The notes below the pieces were generated by a model. That model ran no database searches, was not told where the DNA came from, and was given only the letters and a program-made list of their open reading frames with translations. Shown one piece after another: positions 12,801 to 27,800 of a stretch of DNA of 64,000 nucleotides (the first letter of the stretch is position 1; every line of letters begins with the position of its first letter). The stretch is from Styela clava. Taxonomy: Eukaryota. The stretch spans positions 16,306,001 to 16,370,000 of the forward strand of contig NC_135251.1 of the NCBI RefSeq assembly GCF_964204865.1, written 5' to 3'. Position numbers and translations under genes: made by a program.

Positions 12801-15800
12801 GGTAAATGCTTCTATTTTATGGGCTTGAAATAAAACCTTTTATCCAGGGAACACATCACAAGTATCCTTTGTATTCCTCTTGTATCTTTGAAGAAGACTT
12901 CACATGGCAGCGTGGACTGGAGTTGCATAGTCGTCGGTTTTTCGTCAGGGTATATAAGAATGTATACAGAGGTATGAATTTAACACAGTGTATCTCGACC
13001 TCTTTTGTGCCATGGACCCCTTTGATGGTTTGCCATAAAGTTGTGGACTTATTAAAACCGGTCAAAACTGTTATGCACTGGTGACCTCTACTAATGCTTC
13101 TCATCAAAACTGCACATAGAGGCAATCGTGAATTTGACAACATGAGATGTGCTTTGTCATGTATGAGATATCCACGTGAAAAATAGTGCCAAATGTTGCA
13201 TTGAGGTTCTATTGAACCAAGCAAACTAAATATTTTGTGTTATTCCTTGCCTTTGATTTTTTGTGTTGCATTTTACCATTCCATTTTAATTTTTCCATCA
13301 TATCATGCATGGAAAGCTCATGGCCCCCTTAAAATCTAGCTGTAGACCCTCGGTAGGGAAGCGCTAATATAATGTAATATTTTCCATTCATCCATTTCAG
13401 TATACATTATATTTTATTACTTGGAAACGAAATCATTAAATACAGTATTCGATTACGGTTCACTGTACATGTGTGATTTTATAGTATAATTGTTGTATTC
13501 ATTGAACAATCTGCTAACTGGACTATGCTTCACTGGCTTAGAGTTATTAGCTAGACTAAATATTTCTTCAAAGTAATTCTTTAATCTGGGACAAAACCAG
13601 TGGATTAGGATTAGGTATGAACATATAATTTAGCAAATGAAGCCAATAATGTAAAAGGGTTGGTTTATTATTTGTATGAAAAAAGTGTGGGGAAATATTT
13701 AATGGATTCGGAGATGTACCACTTAAATTTCTGGTTCCTACAGCTTTGTATACATTCTGTATACAATTTTTCATTGCTTGAAACACGTTTCAGACCTTCA
13801 AGGCTCTTGAGAGCCCACGTTTTCTGGCATTGGGCCGGACCAGCTAGCTGATACAGGCCAACTTTGGCAAACGACTTTGGCTCCAGATCATGGTCCCGAG
13901 CCCTGATAGTGACACCATCAAATTTATGTATTTCCACGTTTTATCATCAAAGATAATCTGGTTTATATATTTTTCTCAATTATGCTGATTTCATTTTTAG
14001 AATGGTGCTTTATTGATCTCTCAATTGCTTCACGAATCTCCTGTTATGGAAATTAAATGTAGAACACTTGATCATCATTCTCACAAAACTGGAATTTCTA
14101 CACCAGACCAACCTGATGAAGTTACAATATTATATGGCGATGCTCTCGTATTACTCGAAGGATTCAGTTTGTTTCAAACATTGAGAGCTTGTAGGAGTCA
14201 AGTGGCATTGGGTGAATAAAAGATTTCAAAATATTGAAATTCTCAATATATTGAGAGACGTTGATTTAATGCGATTGACACATTTTGACTAACTCCTTTC
14301 AAGTTTAATCAAAGTGCTCTGTTGAATGATATTCATTTTTATTAGTAAGTTTCAATAATATTTCCAATTGAGGCTGATATGAACATTATAGTTGGAAGTA
14401 CAAATGCATAGAAGGGCTATAAGTACCGGTAGTATTTTTTCACCTAAATTAAGGCAACATGCATTCACTCAAAAATTAAGGAGATTGATCTCCGAGCGAA
14501 GTTAAGGACAACAACTACTGAAATTATAAGGAATTATAGGGTGAATTATGTGTTGGTAAATACCAATTAACACAAGGCTTGACCATTTCATGTCAATCCG
14601 ATCAAATAAACAGCTATATATTAGTGAATTCCAGATAACTCACGCTCCAGAATTTTTTTTTTATGTTAGGTAGATACACTGACTGAGTTTGACAGGCTTG
14701 GATGCTGCAAATAAATAAATACATATAACACAAGTTACACAACATATATTCACTTTGGAAATGTTAGTAGCTGCTGATCTAATTTTTTTTATCCATAATA
14801 TATCTGACTTTCTTATTTGCATTTGGATTCTTGTCAGATGAATTTGACTTGAATGATAAGCTGTGAATGAGCCAACACAGGAAATAAAGTTTTTGGTCAA
14901 CAACTTCAGCAAATCACAACTTCTTTTAACCACTATTCATTGTTTTTATCCCGTGAAACCCATCATTATCAGTGAAACATTCCAGAGCTTTATTGATCAA
15001 TCTTTTTTTTAATTTAGCTGCTGCTAGTGGAGGTATGACTATTGAACCACCACCAATGTCTTACAAAAAATGGAGACTAACAAGTCATCAGAGTCCAATC
15101 TCATCTCATATCAGTCCTGGTGTTCTCATGCCTGATCCTTTCAATCAAATGAAAACAGCATCAATATTAGGTGGATATTCTGCTGATATTCGAAACACCG
15201 CACCTGCTATGTCTTGCTTTATAGCAACAGGGACTTCTCCATTCACAGGATTCTATTATGCTGTAGAAGTAAGTATTTTATTGAATAGAAAAGCTTTTAA
15301 AAATAAGACAAAATATCCCGAATTGTTATGACAATTGTTGGTTGTTGCGATACTATCACAGTTCATTTAAAATTTCGGTACTCCCGAAGTATGCGAACCA
15401 AGATGGCGGACCCCGGAACGTAGTATGTGTACCAGGTTAGGGTTAGGCCATAATTTCAGTTCAATTTTCCCTAATTTTACCGCTGTTACGAGTTCGGGAA
15501 CTAGCCAAGTGTCTCCCTAAGTATTTGTACCTGAAACTATGGCTTAATCCTAACCTGGTACGCATACTACGTTCATGTGTCTGCCATCTTGGTTCACATA
15601 CTTCAGGAGTACCAAAGTTTTTACCCATTAGGTCGTCTGTCCATCTAATGTCATAGATATTGAAATTTCAATTTTGAATTGTTTAGGAATCAGGAAGCAC
15701 TTTCAATATCAGTCCAAATTCGACTCCCACTCGCAATTCAAACAAGTTACAATCAAAAAGAAAAAGGTCATTCAATGACCCCACTTGGGACATAGCTAGA

Positions 15801-18800
15801 AAACGGCACAAAATTGACCCAATATCTAATGTAAGGTTATATCCCTTGTATAATATTCTAAGATGTTTTATTTTATACTTTTCATTCTCTCACTCTGGCT
15901 CCAAAAAGGGCCGCTACGGAGCCCCACAATAAATTTATGAAAATAAAAACAAAGAAAGACGTTGTTACTGAGCGATTAATGTTAATTAGAGTTCCTGAGT
16001 AAATCAAAATTATATTCCCATGATTTATTTTCTACTTTGTATTTGAAAAATATTCAAATTGTGGCAACAAGGTGGTAATAGAAATATGGCATTATCTATT
16101 GAAAAGCTTTGACTTTAATATATCTGGGGTAGCAATTTAAAAAATTCAAACCCTATATCGAAATTTAAGTATTCTAGAATGTCAAAAAAGGGACATACTT
16201 TTTATAATAAAAGCACAATCTAATTTTATATTCATATTCCGAATTAATTTTGATTTTCTATCCATTTCAGGGTAGCACACAACCCCATCTCTCTCATGTA
16301 GCTCTTGCAGTTGCAAGCAAATTAAAATCAGCCTTGTATAGTTCAGCAAGTAGATGGCTGGCATGGGGAACTGGAGCTCAATCTGAACCAACACAAAAAC
16401 AGAAACCTAAGGTTAGTGTGAATGCTTGCTTTGGACAATGCGGTTAATTGACAGTAACTTACCGAAACATGTTTCGATTACTGAAAAAACCCTGTTTTAA
16501 TATTTTTACTTTCTATAGATGTTAGGACTAATTACAAGTATCATACACAGCCCATTTTAGAAATTGTAAACCATTGACATGTACCGGTCCGAATTATTGA
16601 AAAAATACTAAAATGAAAAAATTTGTAATATGGTCAACGTTGATTCAATCTAGCATTAAGTGAGTTTCTATAGCAGCAGTTGAAAGCTGAGCATGAAATA
16701 TAATCCTTCCTATAGTGGAATTTCCTTCCAGAATTTTTGAAACCTAGAATAGCTTTGCAGTAGCCTTGTCAATGCTTCTCTGCTCTTCATATTCATGTGA
16801 ATTATGTTTTCTCACATGAAATTGAGTACTAGAAATTGTCGAAAGACCCATTGTTGTACACTAATTTAGGCCAAAATTTTAGATTTGATTCCCTAAAAAA
16901 ATAAATTAATTATACGTTTCAGGTAGAGCTTGGCACACCATTAGACATTAGGTGTGGAATGCCAGATCCACTGAGGTACGGTGATAACATTATTCTTGCT
17001 CCTGGTGCTCATCTCTCTTCATCTGCTCTAGCTGCTACTACTGATAGCTTGGGAAGAGTTATTCTGATGGATGTTTCAAGGGCTATAGCTTTGAGAATGT
17101 GGAAAGGTGAATTTTTGTTTTAATATTTGGCCAATGATCTATACTGGTACTCATGTACTCTTATGCATCTGTTTGTGGGCGTGAAAATAAATTTTGTATC
17201 TAGTGGTTAAAGCATTAGACGTAACTATGCTTGCATCGCAGGTTACACGTCTTGTTCAAATCCTATGCCACCACCTAACCCACGGTATAATGAATTGGCT
17301 AGGCATTGCAAAATTGCGATCTTTCCAATATTTGGTAGCTCTTCTCATATTGTTAGATATCAGTGCAAGCTCGTACTGGAACTTGTTTGGATGAACATGT
17401 GATAGAAAAAAATATTCCTTTTAGTGTAGAAATAATATTTTTTCGCAGTAATAATTATAGCTTAGTGAAGATGGCTCTGTTTGATGCAAAATCTTTGCTT
17501 GCGTTAGATTCTTAAAAGTGAAGTTTCGCTTCTTATTTTCCTGAAGAACGGAGCAATTTAGAATCAAAATTAAATTTAAGAATTCAAGTCACCCATATAG
17601 AACCTTATGCAATATAGGAGACTTCTCAATGTATTTATCTTTGTTACTATTTCTTTTTTCATGTTTCTTCGAATATATAATTTTTCTCCAGGTTATAGGG
17701 ATGCACAAATCGGTTTTATGAGAGTTTTTGACGATGCACACAGATCACATAGACATCATCATCACCATTCACATGTTGATAATGAGCATCGTTCAAATAT
17801 TCGAAGGCACGCTCTATTTCTTCTGATCTATGCACCACGTAGAGGTCTGTTAGAAGTATGGACTTGCATAAATGGACCAAGGGTCGGTGCATTCAATGTC
17901 AGTAAAAATGCAAAGTGAGTAGTTATGTTGTGATATAATTTGATATTCTGTTTTAGTCCAGGGCAGTTGTTCCCAACCTTATTCGTTATATTCCTACCTG
18001 TCTATTTTCAAATTCTTCATCTCCCCTCATTATGCATAAACACTGTTTCCATTTGTTTCTTACGCATTTCATATTGCATATACATAGCCTACTCAATTTG
18101 TTATAAGATGGGTGTGGTAGTAGAAATGAGGTTTGAACCTGGGATTTTCCATTTTAGTCAGCTTTTAGAGCAGTGGTTCTCAAATGGTGGGGCGCACCCC
18201 ACAAGGGGGCGTGAAGCTAATTAAAAATAAAAATATTTGTTAGATTTGATCTTGCCCGCCTCATTTTGGATATCTACATTTCAAAACTTTTCATTTACTT
18301 TATTATTTACGTTCCACCCACATATTTTCATCGTGTTTTAAATAAAACATACTTCTGTCTTACTATCTGTTATTTATAGCTTATTGTTAGCTAGTTATTT
18401 GTGGGGCGGGGCGCAAGACTTGACAAATTCTGTAAAGGGGAGCGACCTAAAAAGTTTGAGAACCACTGTTTCAGAGGTATCTGTGTTGGCATCGCAGATT
18501 ACATATCTTGGGTTCAGATCGCTTGCCCCCCCTCACTCCACCTAATAAATTAAAGTAGTTCAGTAAATTGAGTAGACAATGCCGTAAAGATTCCAGTCCC
18601 TTTCACATTGTTAGATGTCAGTGGCAGTTTTTGAGGCCTTGTTTGAAGTGAAAGGCGTGAATATGTGTCATAAAAAAATTATTTACTAAAAAATACATTT
18701 TATTTCCTATTAATTTTACTATTATATTTTAGATTGTTATGTCCAGGACATGGTATGATGGGATTAAATACAAGTACGATGTCCAGCACTGTGTCTCATA

Positions 18801-21800
18801 CATTCCAATGTTGTCTTTTGGAAGCTAACGGACAAGTTCGAGAAATCAAGATTCCATTTCATCTTGCTCTCAGGTAATTGATAATGATGAAATGTTATCG
18901 CTTGTACAGTATGAATGTTCATGTCAGAAATGTTTGTTATTTCAAAAAACAATGTTTCCAACGTATCTCATTAATAATCCAAATCACTGGTTCTTTTTTG
19001 CTTTTTATTACGTTTGAAATGATCAACGCTTCTCGCACCCCAATTGCAGAAACATAATATTGTTCCCTTATATAAATAGCAAAACCAGTATCACGTATCT
19101 GACACTTGAATAACTCAATCTGAAAATTAAATCAGTCTAATGCAGGGGTCTCCAACACGCGGCCAGCCAGCCAATTGTTTGCGAGCCCGCGCCATGGTTG
19201 GGATTTTTCCACGAAAAACTAAATTAGTACGATGTCAACTTTTAGTAGGTTTTATCGTGTCATTTATCATCAAGAGTCCGTCGGACAAACTATAAAAAGT
19301 GAAGCAAAATTCTCCCCAGTTGTCCACGTTCATGTTTTATTATATTGTTATAATGCAATTATAAATGCGATAATTTCATTTCGCATGTTCATTGTGACGA
19401 AATAAACGAGTTTCGGTCAGTCCATTGTGCCCGAAGAAAGGTTTGCAAAGCTAATTGCACATTCACTTTGCATACCTGCGATTTTTGGCAGTTCTTATAT
19501 TTGCGAGCAGTTTTTTTGACTATGAAAGTTAGTAAGTCAGCCCTCCGCACACGACTAACGGACGAGCATTTGCATGCACCAAATAACCAGCACAAGTGAA
19601 TTAATATGTTTCATGTCTCGTTTGCTGTAAGATTCAAGTGTAATTTTAACACAACACATTAGAGATACTCATTTTTGTACCTAATTTCTTGGTTTGCGGC
19701 CCGCGAGGTCAATAAATTTCAAAAAGTGGCCCGTGACATGTTTTGAGTTGGAGACCCCTGGTCTAATGCGTAAGTATTTTAGAGTTATGGTTAAAGCAGA
19801 AGACTCAGTGACTTTTTTACTGCTGTTGCTGTTTCCACTGTGCTATGTCTGTGAGTGCCACATGTTTTTTGCCAAACTTAACACTTCAGATTTGTTGTAT
19901 GGCTTGTTTTGCAAAATTGTTGTTATGAAAAAAGTGCTTTTCCCAACTAATGGACCAATCAATTCCAAATTTTTAGTTCGTAAAAACTAAGAAGCCGCTT
20001 TTCAATAGTTATTACGACAAGAATAAATCTTTAAGAATAGCGTGAATTATTTTATTAATTTATATTTAATTCGTGTTGTACTCAAACCTCATAGCAATGT
20101 TGTATGATTGGTTAGGATATTTATAAACTTACATTTATTTTTAGTGATGCAAACAGTAAGAAAGCCAGAGATATGCATTTGCTGAAGAAGCTCAATTTGA
20201 TTTTGCATTCAAAGAAGAGAAGTGAGTTAAAATCTGCCTTCCAATAACCTACACATTGCAGCAGTAGAACCAAATTAGCTTATGTCACATTTTGAGGTTT
20301 TGAGAAAATCGAATTTTGTAATTTTCAAATCTATACAGCCAAACCTAAAAATGAACGTAAGGCACTACTTAATAACATCAAACCTAAATCAGTTACAGAA
20401 ATGGAACCTATACCAAAATATGGCCCCTGGTCTATATCCATAATGACACAAGATTAAAAAACTAGAATTCCGTTGAAACCGAAGACTTATCGATCGGAGG
20501 TTAGGGGATCCCCCAAAACAGTGGTTTTACTCCATAGTGACACCGTGTGTCCCATCACTAATTAATTAATAACTCGCTAATTATACGACATAATCCATCC
20601 AAACTCGATAGACTCCTGTTCCGAACTATGATGAATGCACATGCAAAATTTGGAGCATATTCAACCTCGCTTTCGTGAGATATCGCGTGTATCTAACAGA
20701 CAAACAAACAAGCAAACAAACAAACAAACAGACAAATACCTATCAACATACTTACCGATCTTAAGATCGATAAGTAAAAAGTCATTTCTGGAAGAATGTG
20801 ACATAATCTAATTTGATTTTACTATAGCAGCATACTTTTACAAGGATGTACAAATCAAGTATTGGAAATGTATTTTACTCAATAAATTGAATTCAGTTTG
20901 TAGTGAAAATATAAAGATTTTTTAACTTGGACACATGAAAATTTGGACTACATTCCTTACTGTTATATTAAACTCGATGTGTGATACAATATTAAATTTT
21001 AACTTGTATGTATATAATTATAGGCTTTCGTTAAGTCATTATTAGTCAGATATATATATTCAGCTGGGGAAGAAGCAGTTAAAATTTTGCTGGAAATTCG
21101 TATCAGTGGAATGCTGCGACAAGCACTCGAGAAATTACTTCATACAAGAAAAATTGGAGCGGATACTTTCAGAAGTTGTATCACTGCTATCCAACAAAGA
21201 TTAAAAGAAGGCGGAGGTGTGTGTGATTGTGTAGGAATCAGTGAGGATATGTGGCAATGGCATTTAAATTGTTTTGAAGCTTTGCCAACCTTTCCCAATG
21301 TATACCTTCCTTTGCTTGCACTTTTTTATGCAAATTTCTTTGTAAATGGATGTTTCCATGTCAGTTATAGCTAGAAATGCTTTATTACTTTGTCAACTTG
21401 GGCTCTTGAACTAATAGTGATCTCACAACTCGTAATAAAATAAAGATAAAAAATGCATAAGATGAAAAGATTATAATTATTATTTTAAATATATTTTGTA
21501 TCGGATTTAATTTTCAAAGCAATAACTCAAGATAAATATCAATATTTCATATTGATAATTTGAAATTTTTATTCATCGTATTTGTCTTTCAACTTTGTTT
21601 TCAGCATTGAAAAAATCAGACAGTGATTTGTTGAAATACTGTCAAGAACAAATCAATCTCATTGATCTTTATGAAGCTTTGCAAAAGTTGAATGAATCTG
21701 GAATGTCTAGTGCTGCAACTGAAAAAACTGTGTTAGAAGATGTAAGTATCTGAAATTTGCGTGTGATGCCCCAGCGCAGTGTTTCCGATATTTTTCCAAG

Positions 21801-24800
21801 CGACTGGTCAGTCCAGTTTTATTTTTACCATTAGTTTATGTGATCACAGTCATAGCTGTCGCAAAAACAGGTTGGATAAAAAGCAAAGAGTTTTGCTATT
21901 TCAAAGCTCATTCAAAACGTTATCAAATTTTAAATGATCAATTAGAAATTTTAAATGATCGTGCTTAATTATTGCCGATTTTCCAGGTCAAATAATCGTG
22001 CAATTGCAAATTATCAAAAAGTTACTAATGGCCCACCTCAAAATAGTTATATTTACCTAAGCTGAAACCAGTATCGAATATGATAACGATACTTGTCTCC
22101 TCTGCATTCTGAATATCGATTTACTAAGTAAATTTCCCATCTAAAGTAATTTTGATAAACAAAGGTAAAAATTCAATTCATATTATTCATTTTTTCCATT
22201 CAGTTATTCTCTTTTTGAAACGGAAAAAAGATCTACATGTTAATGGAATTTTGAAGTTCGTAATACAAATATTAACAATATTTCTTCTATCACAATCCCT
22301 TTTCATAAATAAGCATTCCTGTTTTCTACTAGGTCACCAATGTGGACACAATGTCTGAACTTCTTCATATGACGAGAACTGAATCAACAGAAGCTCTGCA
22401 TTCAATTGCTTGCTTTCATAAATCCCAACACATGCCTCGGGTGAAGTTTGAAGGACAAGAAAAACCATCTCTCGATGTGGCAGAATTTTTAGATTGTTTT
22501 TCTTTTCAAGATAATCTGTCAAGAAAAGCAGATGATGTTTCTGAACCTCATGTTGAATTACGTACAACAGAACGAACAAAAAGTGCAAAACTGGGTCAGT
22601 ATCATCGTTTTTTTTTTTTCACAGGGTTTATACATCAGCGATCAAGATGCAGTATTTTTTATATCTTCAATTCAAACTATTTTTCTTCAATTTCTTTGTA
22701 CAAACAGCAACTGATATGTAGGGAGCTGTTACTAAAAATCTATAGATCTAGGATATTAAGTTCTGCTATAATATCATAATAGTTGGTTTGGTAGTTTAAC
22801 TGCCACATTTTTAATGGACATTTTAAAACATTGAGACTGAGACTGAGAGAAAATCTTTTGAAAATTAATTTTATTTTTGGAATATATTATGTCTTTTCTT
22901 GTCTAAACTGGAAAAATGCAGTTATTAATATTTGACTGTGCAATTTACGAGTCCTGCGGCACACTATCACACAAATGTATTTCTGTAACGTTTCGTCTGA
23001 CCAAAATGACATTGTTATTAACTGCTTGTCTGATTTTGGTCAGACGAAACGTTACAGAAATACATTTGTGTTAGTGTGCAGCAGGACTCTTGAGTTGCAT
23101 ATTATAGTATTTTTATTCCTGCAACAGCATCCTTGCATTATATGCATACATAACCACTTGCGCAAGGCATTGAGGATGAATTGAGAGTTAGTCTCGCACA
23201 ACCTCGACTGATAATTAATATTTGAAATTAAAAAAATATATTCATTTCCTTCATTGATTTTGGCATGGACTATATTTTTATACAAATTTGAATAAATGTT
23301 AAGAGTTGATGGCCTAGAATTTATCTAAAATGAGTTTTGGACGATTTTTTTACTTGGGAGGTATATTGAAAAATACGGCCTTTTTGACTGAAGTCATCCA
23401 AAAATTTGTACTCGAAAATGACAGAAAATCATGACTTTGCTTCTCTTTTTTCTCAATTTCTCTCATTTATAAAACAATCTATTATTTTCAGCTGCATTCT
23501 TATTTCATTCAAGTTTGTTTGGATCTACATCTCCTGATGATATTTTATTCACCTTGAATGGATCGATTGATTTAAAACCTCGAATCATACTCGAACTTTT
23601 ATTCCAACATTGGTTGATACAAGATACATCAATTATCAATGGTAAATGCAAGTATATATTTTATGATTGTTCTGGTATAAGTAAAATGGCAGATAATAAT
23701 AAAGTTGTTTTTTCATGCATTACATGACATGGCCTGTTCAGTTTTTTGGACTTGGCTCTATTGAGTACAATGGAATGATTCAATTTATTTGTTTTCAATA
23801 TCTCCATAATGGCCAAGCATGGCGAAACACTGACCTGATTACCAAGTGATCAGAAAATTGGGAGTGGAATTTCCTAACAAAATATTTGCTGTATAATTAT
23901 AAATATTCCCAGTAATTTATATGCATCCGAATCCATTTTTTCCACTTGTGAATTTTGTAAAATTGAGCACTAGAGTCTAGAAATCGCATCATGGAAAGCG
24001 CAAAACTACACAATACCGATCAAGGATTATTATAAGACATTGTGGAAAAGGTACAATAGCAGGTATTTCATTGAAGCAGAAGTATTCATTTGCATAAGGA
24101 ATATATAATTTTTGACCTATTTATTGAAAATCAAGAAAGGTTTCAGACGCGTTCTTTTAAAAATTTTAAGGTCTTTGGAAGATGAGTTTCATCATACAAG
24201 AACAATTTTTTCAAGTAAAGCTGATGCATATACATTTTACCAACTTCTATCCATGACAGGTCTCACAAACTGCCTTCGCAAGTTGTACGATTTCATAGAA
24301 TCATGCAGAAAGAAAAGTTCCAATGTTTCAACACCAAACTCTGAATCAATAGATACTTCATTGAGCTCAGATATACAATCATCTGAAGATTCTATTAATT
24401 TGTGGGAATGGATAAGAGAAGACATATGTGCATCATCACACAGTACAATTGCAGCTTATTTTCTGGCAATTGTTGCCCGGGGCGTGGCTATTGCTGCTAA
24501 TACTCAGGGAGATAAAGAAGAAGTATGTACTTACCATACTCTCTTTATTATCATTATGGATGTACATTGTTCCCACAGCCCCAATACCACAATCAATTTC
24601 TGTAATATGGTTCATCAGCTGTAATTATAAAAAATATTAATTGCAAGCCGGGAAAATTCACACTTGACTTCCAACTATGAACTCCAAGCTATTTAAAAAA
24701 AATAAGGCTTCACAAACAGCCTCTGATATGTCAGGAGATATAATTTATTCTAAAAGGACTGGAATCTTCCAGATTTTTCTTTGCCTTGCTACATCTCGGG

Positions 24801-27800
24801 TATGCTGGTGGGCATGGGATTTAATTTGTGATGCCATGATCGTTAAGCCTGACGCTTTGATTACCAAGCCACTCTGCACCCACTCTTGTTCTCAACTCCG
24901 AGAAATTCTCAGTTCAATGAACTTTTACTCGCTTTTAATACTGATTATTCAGTCTGTCTTGTAAAAAAACTTTTATTCAGTTTATCAGTTACAAGGTGAG
25001 TCAAAGTTCAAGGGAAAGAGAAGTAGGAATGTTAGCTCGTCATAAATAACTCTTGTGTTATATTTAATATCTCATTGATTTATACCTACAATAATTTGAT
25101 ACTCTCAGAAAGAAGATTCTGATGATGGGGATGGTTGGGAGAAGATGCAGAAGCAGGAGGTGGATGAGAATTCTATTGCTGATCCTCCATCTTATCAAGA
25201 ATCTTGTACTGAACAAAATACAAAGCCTAGAAATGGTGATTCCATCTTAATAATATTATTATGTTTAAATATCCTAAAATAGTCATAGCAAGGGATGAGA
25301 TTATTATAATCAATGTGTTTTTGGTTTGATTCAATGCTTTGATGATATAGTTGGCATGGATGGCCTATTCCGTAAATATATCCTAAAAAGTTATTTTAAA
25401 ATCTAGAATTTTGAATACACTCTAGAATCGTATTACATCTCACAACAACGTATTATATCTCACAACATATTATAGAATCCGACACATTCATTATTTTGTT
25501 ATCAAAATCCAATAAAATGGGAATAGCTTTTTAATGAGGTATATGAAATATCCTGATAAAAACTAGAGGTAGGCCAAAACTTGTTTAAACTTAAAACTGG
25601 CGATCATACAAATGTTAAGGTGAAGAAGATTTATAGTTTGGGAACAGAATTATTGTATAGCGAAGATTATTTAGCTTATCTTGGCCTATTGTTAACGGCC
25701 TAAAATCAGTAATGAGTTGTGTGAAAAGCAGTCTGGCAAATATATGAATATTACAAGTTACAACAATGAGAGTCGAGCAGGCAACTCTTTTTTGAACCAT
25801 AACAATCAAGATACAAATGTGATCTTACATTTTAAACATAGATCAATCACTCATGACATCAATCATAAATGTAGAATTGGGTAAAAGCACAAATTTACAA
25901 ATTTATTTATACAACATACTTATAGCCTTTCGCTCAGAACATGGCTCTGTACAAAAATCAACTGATATGTGAGGATCTGCTTTATTTTGAAAATATCGGG
26001 ATTGGCATTACCTATCTAATTTGTTACACACTGAGTTAGGTGGTGGGCACAACTACGAACTCAAGATTTCAATCTTTTAACTTCAATATTTTTTGTTTAT
26101 CTCAGGTGACTGGGAGACATTATGGATTGATGTTGAGAAATGGAATTTATTCATTCATCAATTAGAAGATTCTGTTCTCATTAACACCAGTATTAAACTA
26201 GGAAAAACAAAAAGAAGAGTGTCAGCTTCTAAAGAAGATTCCAAAGACAATACAACAGATGATAAAACTATTGAACAAAGTGATGACTATGTAAACGAAG
26301 GAGTATCAGTAAAGGATTTGTTGTCAAATGGACCAGGTATGAAATCTTGTTCTTTATAAATTGTCCGAATAAGTTAGTTTAGTTCAAGGTTTCTTAAATT
26401 GGGCCTTTGGCCCCGGGGTATAGTTTATCTGGGGGTCCCAAGGTTTTTCTAGGCATCATTTGCGATGACCACATTAATTTAAATTGAATGACATGTGATT
26501 TGTTTAATTCTTTGACTGTAATGCATTCTTTTACTTTCGTTTGTTGGTTTTTTATTATTAAATGTGGCAAAAAATAACCGATCAAAATCCGTTAAATCCG
26601 TTAAAAATAAAACTATTTTTCGATATTGTATAAAACATGAATTGTGATTTCGTGGACAGAGATTAATTTAGTATAAGTATATAATTAGTGAACACACATA
26701 GCCATGACAAAATCAACACCTCCGAAACACAGTTTTTTTTATTGTATAAATCGAGAATTGCAATTTCATACAAAGAGATTATTGTTAATATAGGATAACT
26801 ATATAATTAGTGAACAGACATAGCCATATCCAAAGCAACAATTCAGACACACCAACAGAACTGTGCACCCAACTAAAAGAGCATATTATGGTCCCTTCAT
26901 CTTTGCAGTTGGCGAGTCATGATTAGTTAACTGTAACTTATGACATCACAGATCATGCTCAGCCACCTGAGAAAACATTGGTTGCCAGTTATGCTTTAAA
27001 AACACGATTGACAATTTTGTCATTCTTATTCATCACTTTAATACATACTTTACGATAATACACTAATCTTATTCAACCATCCTTCCTTATAGCAATAGCC
27101 ATTTGGTCGTGGTCGTGGATCCGATGTAAGGTGTAAACATGGATGAAGGTAGTCCAAAACATAATATAGCACCCACTGTATTTGAAACTTGGATTAAACT
27201 CATTTTTTTATATTTACAACAGGTTATATGGCTGAACTTGTCTCTCATTCTATATGTGAACTTGACATTCCACCTCGTTTATTGCAAAAAAACGTTGAAC
27301 TAGACAATATAACAGTCAGTTTGACGGATCCACAGAGAGCATTCTTGGGTAATATTTCTTGTGTTTTCCGCATTTGTGTGTTCATCACGAGTAAAAGTAA
27401 ATACCAATACCATCACGTATAGGATCTCATGAAAACAAGGCTTTTTGGTTTTGGCGCATGTACTGCAAACACGTCGAAGAGTTAGAGTGCACTGGCGCCT
27501 AACTGAAGAAAAAAGGAATAAAATAATGATATAGTAATAGGAAAAAAATGCTCTTTACCGGTCTAAGCCTATCAGCCGGAAAATACGGTAGTTAATTTGA
27601 ATTGGTTTGATTTGTTTTTATTATCCCAGGAGCCTAAACAGTATGGGCCATCAACATACCATTCAAATATAAATAAACATGGTTTCTATTTCAGATTTTC
27701 TTCATCAAACCTTGTATGTTAAATTTCCATATTCTCTTGCACCTGATTGTCTTCATTCACACAGCTTTTGGGAATTGATGGTGGAATGGAATAAAGAACC

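Noticed and set aside
15424-15450. Interstitial telomere
   Set aside because: Only about two TTAGGG-like units, and they form part of MITE arms.
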